The notes under the pieces were generated by a model. That model did not search any database. It saw nothing but the letters and a program-made list of their open reading frames with translations, and had not been told where the DNA came from. A DNA stretch of 39,434 bases from Elusimicrobiota bacterium (GTDB taxonomy: Bacteria > Elusimicrobiota > Elusimicrobia > FEN-1173). Position 1 is the first letter of the stretch; every line of letters starts with the position of its first letter. The position numbers were made by a program, and so were the translations under genes. The stretch covers positions 1-39,434 of the forward strand of contig JANQER010000241.1 in assembly GCA_028278255.1 (NCBI GenBank), given 5' to 3'. Below, in pieces: positions 21,312-29,670 of the stretch.

Positions 21312-23648
21312 ATGGGCGACAACCTTAATCTGGCGGAATTGTTTCTGAAAGCCGGGCTCATTGACAAAGATGAGATGCAAATAGTGATTGAGGCCAATAA
21401 AAAGAATCCCGGAGAAAAAATCAGCGATACACTTGTGCGTCTGAAATTCGCCACTGAACAAGATGTGACCAAAGTGATTTCCCAGCAGTTCAACATTCCC
21501 TTTATAGACCTGTCCGGCACAGACATTGATCCCAAAGCCGTTCATTTTATCCCGCTGAGCCTGGCCAGCCAATCCAATATTTTCCCTGTCAGAGAAGAAG
21601 ACAACATCCTGCTCCTGGCCATGAAAGACCCGCATGACATGGAAGCCATCAATATGGCAGGTTTTTCCTCAGGCCTGACCATCAAGCCATTTTTGGCAGC
21701 TGCCACACAAATCGAAAAAATGATTGTCCGCTATTATCATGTGGAAGAATCCATTGCGGATTACATGAAATCCATTGATACACCTCAGGGGATTGAACTC
21801 ATCACAGACAGCCGCATGACAGAAATAGATTTGAAGGACTTAAGGAAAAAAAGCGAAGCTGTGCCCATCATTCAAATGGTCAATGCCCTGATTCATCAGG
21901 GCATCACCCAGAATGCCAGTGATATTCATATAGAACCGCAGGAAAAAATTATTTTTGTGCGCAACCGTATTGACGGCCTTCTTCACAAATCCCTGCAAAT
22001 CCCCAAATGGGTCCAACCGGCTCTGATTTCCCGCATCAAAATCATGTCCGGCATGGACATCTCTGAAAAACGCGTGCCGCAGGATGGCCGTATAAAAATA
22101 AGGCTGGAAGAAAAAACCATTGATTTGCGCATTTCCTGCCTGCCAACACAGCACGGGGAAAAGATCGTGATCCGTGTTTTGGACACGAACAGAAAATTAC
22201 TCACTATCGGAGAATTGGGCTTTCAGCCGGAACTGGCCGGACAAGTGGCCAATGTCATTAACCAGCCGCAAGGCATTCTGTTGGTCTGCGGACCCACAGG
22301 CAGCGGCAAAACCACAACATTGTACGGACTTTTGACTGAAATCGCCAAGAAGAGCCATAATATTGTCACTTTGGAAGATCCCATTGAATATGTTTTGTCA
22401 GGCGTTAACCAAGTCCAAATGAATGAAAAAGCCGGTCTGACTTTTGCCAAATCTCTCAGATCTGTGCTGCGACAGGACCCGAATGTGATCTTTGTGGGAG
22501 AAATTAGGGACAGTGAAACAGCAGAGATTGCTCTGAGGGCCTCCATGACAGGCCATTTGGTTTTCAGCACGCTTCATACAAATGACGCCGCCTCCACCAT
22601 CAGCCGGATATTGGATCTTAAAATTGAACCCTATTTGGTGGCCTCTTCTGTCACAGGCATCCTGTCTCAGCGGCTGGTCAGGACCATATGCCCGCACTGC
22701 CGGGAAGAACACAACCCAGACCGCAAAATCATAAAAAAAATAGAGGACAAGCTGGGAGAAGAAATATACTTTCTTCTCTATCACGGCAAAGGCTGCGACA
22801 AATGCCAAAACACCGGCTATCAGGGACGCATGGGCATTCATGAGCTTCTCCTCATCACCCCTGAAATCCGTGAATCCATCCGCAACCAAACCGCTTCTGA
22901 AGGCAAGATTCGTCAATTGGCCAAGCAAGAAGGCATGAAAACAATCCTGGATGACGCGCTTGAAAAAGTCAAACAGGGCATGACCACCATCGAAGAAGTG
23001 GAAAGAGTTGTTATCTTTGCCGAGGAAAAGGATTCCTCTTCTTACCCCTTCATATGCCCGCAATGCAAAAAAAATATTGAAAAAGAGTGGAAAACATGCC
23101 CTTATTGCAGTTATATTTTATTGGGGGGCAGCGGAGCGGAACAAACAAAAGGCCAAGGCGTGCCTGACAGTACGGCAAGGGCGCTGATCAACAAAAATGC
23201 GCGTGTTCTTCCAATGCCTGAGTCCATCAGCATGCCCTTGCCGCCTCACAATGGGAACAATGATTTCAGCGGTTACAGAATACTGCTGGCAGATGATGAT
23301 GAAGAAATCGGCCGAAGCCTGGTGATGCATTTGCTTAAAAATAAATTTGCCGTGAGCATAGCCACCAATGGCCGGGAAGCGTTGGACAATATTGCCAAAG
23401 AAAAGCCGCATCTGCTGCTCACGGACCTGGTGATGCCGAAAATGGATGGATATGAACTGATTCAAAAAGTACGGCAAAACAAAACCACGGCCTCGCTGCC
23501 CATTATTGTCTTGTCTCAAAAAGGAGCCGTGGAGGACAGGCTGAAAGGATTTGAGCTCGGATCAGATGATTATCTGCCCAAGCCGTTTGCACCGGATGAA
23601 ATGTTGTTTAGAATTAAAGCGGTTCTCAAACGCACATACAGCATATAA
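21312..23648 (+). CDS. GspE/PilB-family secretion/pilus ATPase (canonical motifs) with an internal zinc ribbon and a C-terminal response-regulator receiver domain
   Basis: The track ORF starts at TTG 21300; ATG 21312 lies 5 nt after GGAGG.
- T2SSE_N-like N-terminus
- Walker A GPTGSGKTTT (22290-22319), TLEDPIEY, FVGEIRDSETA, VFSTLHTNDA
- CPHC...CDKC tetra-Cys, plus an extra CPQC..CPYC ribbon (about 23050-23120)
- REC domain about 23274-23640: LLADDDEE, LLLTDLVMPKMDG, VLSQK, LPKPF. Confidence 0.9.
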   Translation: MGDNLNLAELFLKAGLIDKDEMQIVIEANKKNPGEKISDTLVRLKFATEQDVTKVISQQFNIPFIDLSGTDIDPKAVHFIPLSLASQSNIFPVREEDNILLLAMKDPHDMEAINMAGFSSGLTIKPFLAAATQIEKMIVRYYHVEESIADYMKSIDTPQGIELITDSRMTEIDLKDLRKKSEAVPIIQMVNALIHQGITQNASDIHIEPQEKIIFVRNRIDGLLHKSLQIPKWVQPALISRIKIMSGMDISEKRVPQDGRIKIRLEEKTIDLRISCLPTQHGEKIVIRVLDTNRKLLTIGELGFQPELAGQVANVINQPQGILLVCGPTGSGKTTTLYGLLTEIAKKSHNIVTLEDPIEYVLSGVNQVQMNEKAGLTFAKSLRSVLRQDPNVIFVGEIRDSETAEIALRASMTGHLVFSTLHTNDAASTISRILDLKIEPYLVASSVTGILSQRLVRTICPHCREEHNPDRKIIKKIEDKLGEEIYFLLYHGKGCDKCQNTGYQGRMGIHELLLITPEIRESIRNQTASEGKIRQLAKQEGMKTILDDALEKVKQGMTTIEEVERVVIFAEEKDSSSYPFICPQCKKNIEKEWKTCPYCSYILLGGSGAEQTKGQGVPDSTARALINKNARVLPMPESISMPLPPHNGNNDFSGYRILLADDDEEIGRSLVMHLLKNKFAVSIATNGREALDNIAKEKPHLLLTDLVMPKMDGYELIQKVRQNKTTASLPIIVLSQKGAVEDRLKGFELGSDDYLPKPFAPDEMLFRIKAVLKRTYSI

Positions 23649-23738
23649 CTTATTTATTATTTATTTTTTTATACAATTTATTGAAAAAAAGTTACAATAT
23701 AACCGCATTTCAAGAATCAACAATAACGAGGACTTAAT

Positions 23739-24110
23739 ATGGCACAAAAAATACTCATAGTGGATGATTCAAGATTAACCAGAGCGATTATCAAAAATGC
23801 TCTGTCAGAAGCAGGATTTGAAGTGGTTGGCGAGGCGGAAAACGGCCGTGTGGCTGTTGACATGTTCAACCAATTAAAACCTGACCTGATCACCATGGAT
23901 CTGATTATGCCGGACGTGGACGGCATGCAAGCCACAAAAGAAATCCTGGGGAAAGACCCGCAAGCCAGGATTCTTGTGGTCACCTCACTGGGACAAAAAC
24001 TTCTGGAAGAAGATGCCATGAAAACCGGCGCACGCGGCATGATTGCCAAACCTTTTCAGCCACAAGAACTCTTAAGCGCTGTCAAAGAAGTTCTTGACAA
24101 AACATCCTAA
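23739..24110 (+). CDS. cheY: single-domain CheY-like response regulator
   Basis: 123 aa with ILIVDDSRL, LITMDLIMPDVDG, VVTSLG and IAKPF. GAGGA lies upstream of the ATG. Confidence 0.85.
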   Translation: MAQKILIVDDSRLTRAIIKNALSEAGFEVVGEAENGRVAVDMFNQLKPDLITMDLIMPDVDGMQATKEILGKDPQARILVVTSLGQKLLEEDAMKTGARGMIAKPFQPQELLSAVKEVLDKTS

Positions 24111-24214
24111 CCCGGGTATACCGGGAATGTAAAATTCACTGGTGTGTATTAAAATGCAAAATAAAGATTTGAAATCTGCAAACAGCTTGTTTGCCGTCTA
24201 AACAAGGATTCACT

Positions 24215-24844
24215 ATGGAAACAGTTAAATTGCCCCAAGAACAAATAGAAGATCTTATGGAAGTCGGAAATATCGGCGCTGGCAATGCTGCTTCAGGCTT
24301 GTCAGATCTCATCCATCACCGCTGTGTCATCGACATCCCCATGGTATCGTATGTCAACACGGAAGGCATAAAAAAAGTGCTTGAAATGGAAGACTCGTTT
24401 GTTGTGACCCTTCACATCAAAATCATGGGCGACATTCCAGCGCTCATGTTTGTGGTCATGAAAAGAATTTATGCGCAAACCATCGTCAAATACATGACCC
24501 GTGAAGGCATTGAGGCCGTCGGCCGGAACTTCAATTTCACCGCGCAATTTGCCCTCAAACAGCTCGGCGAACTTTTAACAAAATCATTTTTTGACGCCAT
24601 CAATCAATTGCTCATGACCAAAGCCAAATACGCCATGCCGGAAATCATCATGGACAATTGGACATCAGCCGTGGATGCCATTATTAAGCTGGTCGGCAAT
24701 TCCAACAAAGAGGTGGAACATTTGTTCATTCATTCCTCCTTTTTTGACCCGGAAAAAACTTTTGAAGGGAAATTTGTCTATGTGCTGAACATTGAATCAC
24801 AAAAAATCATTCTGAACAGACTTAGAATGCTCCTAAACAGGTGA
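24215..24844 (+). CDS. CheC/CheX/FliY-family CheY-P phosphatase-like protein
   Basis: The track ORF starts at TTG 24191; ATG 24215 gives METVKLPQEQIEDLMEVGNIGAGNAASGLS. The first active-site motif E-x2-N-x22-P is intact (EVGN...22 residues...P). The second pseudo-repeat reads E-x2-T-x19-P (GELLTKSF...MP). Confidence 0.75.
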   Translation: METVKLPQEQIEDLMEVGNIGAGNAASGLSDLIHHRCVIDIPMVSYVNTEGIKKVLEMEDSFVVTLHIKIMGDIPALMFVVMKRIYAQTIVKYMTREGIEAVGRNFNFTAQFALKQLGELLTKSFFDAINQLLMTKAKYAMPEIIMDNWTSAVDAIIKLVGNSNKEVEHLFIHSSFFDPEKTFEGKFVYVLNIESQKIILNRLRMLLNR

Positions 24845-24850
24845 GGAAAA

Positions 24851-25216
24851 ATGAGCTCAAAAATATTGGTTGTTGATGATTCAAGACTGGCGCGGACTCT
24901 GATCAAAAATGCGCTGAAAGCCTCCGGATTCGAAGTGGTGGGAGAAGCCCAAAACGGGCGGGAAGCCATTGAACTTTTCTCTCAGCTTAAGCCGGATCTG
25001 GTCACCATGGACATGATGATGCCTGAAGTGGACGGCATGGAAGCCACCAAGGAAATCATTAAAACAGATGCGCAAGCCAAAGTGATTATGATCACTTCAG
25101 TCAACCAGCAGCTGATGAATGAAGATTTTCAAAGTGTTGGCGCGCGCGCCACTTTGGCCAAACCTTTTGAACCACAAGACCTTGTCAATGCCATCAATGG
25201 CATACTCAGTTCTTAA
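24851..25216 (+). CDS. cheY: single-domain CheY-like response regulator
   Basis: 121 aa with ILVVDDSRL, LVTMDMMMPEVDG, MITSVN and LAKPF. It starts 6 nt after the cheC-like stop, behind GAGGAAAAATG. Confidence 0.85.
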   Translation: MSSKILVVDDSRLARTLIKNALKASGFEVVGEAQNGREAIELFSQLKPDLVTMDMMMPEVDGMEATKEIIKTDAQAKVIMITSVNQQLMNEDFQSVGARATLAKPFEPQDLVNAINGILSS

Positions 25217-25306
25217 GATACGACAGGATTCTACATGTAGCACATGTAGAAAATGTAGAATTTAGAACTGGCATGACAAAATAATTTCTAGAAACCTTCA
25301 GAATTT

Positions 25307-26362
25307 ATGATACCGAAAATACTCATTGTGGATGATGCCCGGCTTACCCGGTTGATCATCAAAAACATACTCATCCAGGCCGGCTTCAATATTGTGGGTG
25401 AAGCTGTCAACGGACGTGAGGCCATTGACATGACCCGTCAATTGAAGCCTGATGTGGTCACGGTTGATCTGACCATGCCGGAAATGAATGGCATGGAATC
25501 CATCCAAGGCATTCTGGAAGCCCATGCCAAAGCCAGAATTTTGATTGTCACAGCGCTTGGCGGACAAAAACTCCTTCAAGAAGACGCGAAAAAAGCCGGT
25601 GCCTTGGGCATGATCAACAAACCCTTCAAACCAACTGAACTGCTGGGCGCCATTGACTCTCTCATGAAATATGAAACACCAAAACCAGCCGAATCCCTTA
25701 TTGCACCCAGCAGTGAGATCCCGTCAGCTTTCATCAAATCTCAGCCCATCCCCTTGAGCGAAGAACAAATAGAAAACTTAATGGAAGTGGCCAATATTGG
25801 CTCCGGCAATGCAGCCTCGCAGATTTCAGAACTCATCCATGAACGGTGCCTCATCAGTCTGCCGCAAGTGGCTTATTCGGATTTTAAAACCATCGAAGAA
25901 ATCATGAACCTCAATGACAGTTATGTGGCAGCGCTTCATATCAAAATCATGGAAGATATTCCGGCTGACATATTGGTGGCCATTAAAAGGTCTTACGCGC
26001 ATTTCATTGTGAAACATCTCACAAAAGGAAGCGTTGACACTTCTGTCTCTGATCTCACATTCACCGCTCAATTCACTCTCAAGCAAATGGGAGAGCTCAT
26101 GACACGCGCTTTTTCTAAAGCCATCAATGAATTCCTCTTAACTGACTCTACTTACAAACTCCCGGAAATCATATTGGACACTTGGACAACCACAACGGAT
26201 TTTATTTATAAAAAGCTCACCCGCCCGGATGAGCTGCAAATGATTGTACACTGCGCGTTCTCAAACCCTGAAAAAAATTATGACGGGAAATTCGTGTACA
26301 TCCTCAATCAATACGCCCAAAAAACCATCCTTGATAGAATCGAACTATTGTTGGACAGATAA
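25307..26362 (+). CDS. CheY receiver fused to a CheC-like phosphatase domain
   Basis: 351 aa.
- N-terminal REC: ILIVDDARL, VVTVDLTMPEMNG, IVTALG, INKPF
- about 30-aa linker
- CheC-like domain LSEEQIENLMEVANIGSGNAASQISELIHERCLISLP: E-x2-N-x22-P intact, second repeat E-x2-T-x19-P as in 24215..24844. Confidence 0.8.
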   Translation: MIPKILIVDDARLTRLIIKNILIQAGFNIVGEAVNGREAIDMTRQLKPDVVTVDLTMPEMNGMESIQGILEAHAKARILIVTALGGQKLLQEDAKKAGALGMINKPFKPTELLGAIDSLMKYETPKPAESLIAPSSEIPSAFIKSQPIPLSEEQIENLMEVANIGSGNAASQISELIHERCLISLPQVAYSDFKTIEEIMNLNDSYVAALHIKIMEDIPADILVAIKRSYAHFIVKHLTKGSVDTSVSDLTFTAQFTLKQMGELMTRAFSKAINEFLLTDSTYKLPEIILDTWTTTTDFIYKKLTRPDELQMIVHCAFSNPEKNYDGKFVYILNQYAQKTILDRIELLLDR

Positions 26363-26424
26363 AAAAGTCAAATTCTAAACTCTAAATCCTAAATAATAAA
26401 AACAAAAATGATATAATTTTGTTT

Positions 26425-28431
26425 ATGAAACAGATCATATTTCCCTCTTATTGTGAAAATCCATTTGCCTATAAGAGGCGCCAAACCCGGATTGTCAAGG
26501 TGGGGCAAGTGGGCATAGGCGGGGACAATCCCATCCGCATACAATCCATGACCACCACGCGTGCTTCTGACACAGAAGCCACTGTGGCGCAAACCATTCA
26601 ACTGGTCAATGCCGGATGTGAAATAGTCCGAATCACTGTACCAACAAAAGAAGAAGCCAAAAATCTAAAAAATATCACCCATACTCTTCGCTCCAAAAAC
26701 ATCCATGTTCCTTTGGTGGCAGACATCCATTTTCGTCCTGAAGCCGCCATGGAAGCGGCTGACCATGTGGACAAAATACGCATTAATCCCGGAAATTTTG
26801 ATCTGGAGAAACGCTTTTCTCCCCTTGTGCTCAAGCTAAAATCCCTGGGCCGGGCGCTGCGTATTGGCGTCAATCATGGATCTCTTTCACCCCGTATTAT
26901 GAATCACTACGGAGACACGCCTGAAGGCATGGTGGAATCCGCTCTGGAATTCATACGCGTATGTGAGCAACACCACTTCCACGATATTGTTGTGTCCATG
27001 AAAGCCTCCAACCCCAAAATCACGATCGCAGCGTACCGTCTTATGGCTGCGCGCCTGACGCAGGGACAAATGAACTACCCTTTTCATTTGGGCGTCACAG
27101 AAGCCGGTGAAGGAGAAGACGGCCGCATCAAATCCGCCATTGGCATTGGCAGCCTCTTGGAAGACGGGATCGGCGACACCATCCGCGTTTCACTCACAGA
27201 AAACCCTGAATGCGAGATCCCAGTGGCCAAAGAGATTGCTGAGATGTATTCAAAAGTTCGAAGTGCGGTCTTCCGCGAGACACTCTGCTGTGCATCCTGG
27301 CAGAATCCGACGTTTTGCAAGGGCCGGCCTGCGCCTTCGAAATCCGAAGCGCAAAGTAAAAAACAAAACACACAAGAATCACAGAATAGCTCACAATCGT
27401 CTTTCAGCTTAAACTATATACGCAATGCGTATGCCTATACCAGGCGGGAATCACGGGAAATCCAAATCGGCCCCATTCGCTTAGGAGGGAAACAACCCAT
27501 CAGAACGTTGGCTTCTCTTTCATGCAAAAATCTCCCACAAGCCAGTGAATATGAAAAATCCGAAGACAAACATCCCATTGAAATTTTGGAATGCCCTGTT
27601 AAGACCCGGCATGACATCGCATCACTGCAGAATTTTAAGTCAGCGAACGAAAAAACAGGCGTCCTTGCACGGCTCAAAGGGCCGGACGCTCTGATGGATA
27701 AGCTCATGGACGCCGCAGATGCGGTTCTCTTCACCTCTGTCGACAAAAAAACCCAAAAACTCATCACGCGCCACCGCCAAAAAGCTTTCTTTCTCGAAGC
27801 AGACAATGCCAAAGATCTTCTTCAACTGGCAAAAGCGGTTTCCCCCTATTCACAAAACATCATATTGACCATTACAGGAAGAAACCATTCCACTCTCATT
27901 CGCCAAATCAGACGACTGGCCACATATCCTTTGGTCAAGGAACCCAATTTTCCCATTCACATCAAAAGCGATTTATCTGATAACCTGCTCCGAAATGCCA
28001 TTCTCTTTGGCGCATTGCTCTGTGACGGATTGGGCGACTCTGTTCAAATACCCATTATGAAAAAGAATCTTAAGAATTCCATGGAATTAATCTATAATAT
28101 ACTTCAGGGCGCTGGCGCGCGAGTCACCAAGGCCGAATATGTGTCTTGCCCGGCATGCGGCAGAACCCTGTTTGATATACAAAAAGTAACAGAGCGGATA
28201 AAATCCAAGACAAAACATCTCAAAAACGTTAAAATTGCTGTGATGGGATGCATTGTGAACGGTCCCGGTGAAATGGCAGATGCGGATTTTGGTTATGTGG
28301 GCGCAGGTCCGGATAAGATCAATTTGTACGCCGGCAAAAACTGCATTGAAAAAAACATCCCTATGGCCCATGCAGAAGACAAGCTCATAGAGCTCATCAA
28401 ACAAAATGGGAAATGGACAGAACAAGGCTAA
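26425..28431 (+). CDS. ispG: 4-hydroxy-3-methylbut-2-enyl diphosphate synthase, long form with inserted domain
   Basis: ATG 26425 (track TTG 26419). The N-terminal TIM barrel carries KRRQTRIVKVGQVGIGGDNPIRIQSMTTT, RITVP, ADIHF, RINPGN and VNHGSL. The C-terminal 4Fe-4S domain carries SCPACGRT...GCIVNGPGE. A large insertion separates them, as in the known long IspG forms. Confidence 0.9.
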   Translation: MKQIIFPSYCENPFAYKRRQTRIVKVGQVGIGGDNPIRIQSMTTTRASDTEATVAQTIQLVNAGCEIVRITVPTKEEAKNLKNITHTLRSKNIHVPLVADIHFRPEAAMEAADHVDKIRINPGNFDLEKRFSPLVLKLKSLGRALRIGVNHGSLSPRIMNHYGDTPEGMVESALEFIRVCEQHHFHDIVVSMKASNPKITIAAYRLMAARLTQGQMNYPFHLGVTEAGEGEDGRIKSAIGIGSLLEDGIGDTIRVSLTENPECEIPVAKEIAEMYSKVRSAVFRETLCCASWQNPTFCKGRPAPSKSEAQSKKQNTQESQNSSQSSFSLNYIRNAYAYTRRESREIQIGPIRLGGKQPIRTLASLSCKNLPQASEYEKSEDKHPIEILECPVKTRHDIASLQNFKSANEKTGVLARLKGPDALMDKLMDAADAVLFTSVDKKTQKLITRHRQKAFFLEADNAKDLLQLAKAVSPYSQNIILTITGRNHSTLIRQIRRLATYPLVKEPNFPIHIKSDLSDNLLRNAILFGALLCDGLGDSVQIPIMKKNLKNSMELIYNILQGAGARVTKAEYVSCPACGRTLFDIQKVTERIKSKTKHLKNVKIAVMGCIVNGPGEMADADFGYVGAGPDKINLYAGKNCIEKNIPMAHAEDKLIELIKQNGKWTEQG

Positions 28432-28552
28432 AACTCTAAACACTAAATTCTAAACCCTAAACCGGATAAACTGGAAATAACCAAATTTCAAGGAACAATA
28501 ACCAAATAATAGCCAATAACCAAGATACAATAATCAAACAAAGGCCAACCTC

Positions 28553-29665
28553 ATGAACAACACTGACCCAAAAAAACCTCTGCTTCAGGCGAACAGACAA
28601 ACGGTTTTTCGCGTTTTCTTTTTCAGTGTTTTTCTTTTCCTGATTTACCAGCTCATTCAGATTCTTTCCCCCTTTTTCACAGCCATTATGGCGGCTGTCA
28701 CACTGACCTTGGTGTTTTATCCGCTGCATGCGCACATGTGCCAAAAGCTGACGTGCAAAACCAACCTGGCCGCAGGCATCAGCACCGGCTTCATCCTTTT
28801 TATTGTGATTGTCCCAACCATTTTGTTCTTATGGCTGTTCATGAAAGAAGCTTCAGCGCTTTACCCTTTTGTACAAAATCAGCTCTCTGAGCTAAAGATC
28901 ACACCGCCTGAGATGCTGAGAGAAAAATTTCCCGCCTTGGTGCTCTTAAAAGACAAAATCCACCATTTTCTTGTGTCCTGGCAAATAGACCCTCAGGACA
29001 TCATTCTCAAAAACATAGACCAGATCGGCACCCAAATTTCTGCATACGGCGCGCGTATTGTGAAAAACGTGTTCTTCTTTATATTTGATATTATCATCAT
29101 TGTCTTCTGCTTATTCTTCTGCTTTCGTGACGGTGAAAAAATAGTCAATTTTATTGTGGAACTCATTCCCATGGAAAAAACGCACAAAGAACACATTGCT
29201 GAAAGACTGGACCAAACACTCTCAGCGGTTGTGCGCGGCACTTTTATCACAGCCTTTGTGCAGGGCATACTGGCTGGCGCCGGCTATGCCGTGGCAGGCG
29301 TCAACTTTGCCGTGGTACTGGGGTTTACCACAGCCTTCACAGCTTTGATTCCGTTCGTGGGCGCTGCAGCTGTCTGGATATCTGTCAGTATTTTTCTTGT
29401 CATCAAAGGATACATTTTGAAAGCTGTACTGCTTAGTATTTGGGGAGCGGCTGTGGTCAGTTTGGTGGACAACATTATGAAGCCCTATCTGATCGGACAA
29501 AAAGCCAAACTTCCTATTTTCCTCTTGTTTTTTGGTATTCTGGGCGGATTGCAGGTTTATGGATTTATAGGTATCATAATAGGGCCTTTGATGATTGCCA
29601 GTGTCCTGGCATTTGCTAAGATTTATAAAGCTCAAATCCATAAGGGCAAAGGATTGACAACTTGA
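28553..29665 (+). CDS. AI-2E family (PerM/UPF0118) membrane transporter
   Basis: 370 aa, polytopic. The C-terminal family motif is VDNIMKPYLIGQKAKLPIFLLFFGILGGLQVYGFIGIIIGPL. Confidence 0.82.
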   Translation: MNNTDPKKPLLQANRQTVFRVFFFSVFLFLIYQLIQILSPFFTAIMAAVTLTLVFYPLHAHMCQKLTCKTNLAAGISTGFILFIVIVPTILFLWLFMKEASALYPFVQNQLSELKITPPEMLREKFPALVLLKDKIHHFLVSWQIDPQDIILKNIDQIGTQISAYGARIVKNVFFFIFDIIIIVFCLFFCFRDGEKIVNFIVELIPMEKTHKEHIAERLDQTLSAVVRGTFITAFVQGILAGAGYAVAGVNFAVVLGFTTAFTALIPFVGAAAVWISVSIFLVIKGYILKAVLLSIWGAAVVSLVDNIMKPYLIGQKAKLPIFLLFFGILGGLQVYGFIGIIIGPLMIASVLAFAKIYKAQIHKGKGLTT

Positions 29666-29670
29666 AACAA

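Noticed and set aside
22398-23063. 221-aa reverse-strand ORF antisense to the second PilB-like gene, and similar antisense ORFs at 21165..21635, 19910..20242 and 23118..23519
   Set aside because: They lie opposite genes with unambiguous family motifs and have no motifs of their own. Such antisense ORFs are expected by chance opposite long genes.
26425-28431. IspG looks too long (about 670 aa), suggesting a fusion or mis-call
   Set aside because: A long IspG form with a large domain inserted between the TIM barrel and the Fe-S domain is an established variant. Both conserved halves are present in the correct order.
28457-28744. 95-aa reverse-strand ORF overlapping the AI-2E transporter start and the upstream repeats
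   Set aside because: It is mostly a translation of the AATAACCAA repeat region and of antisense transporter sequence. It has no motifs.
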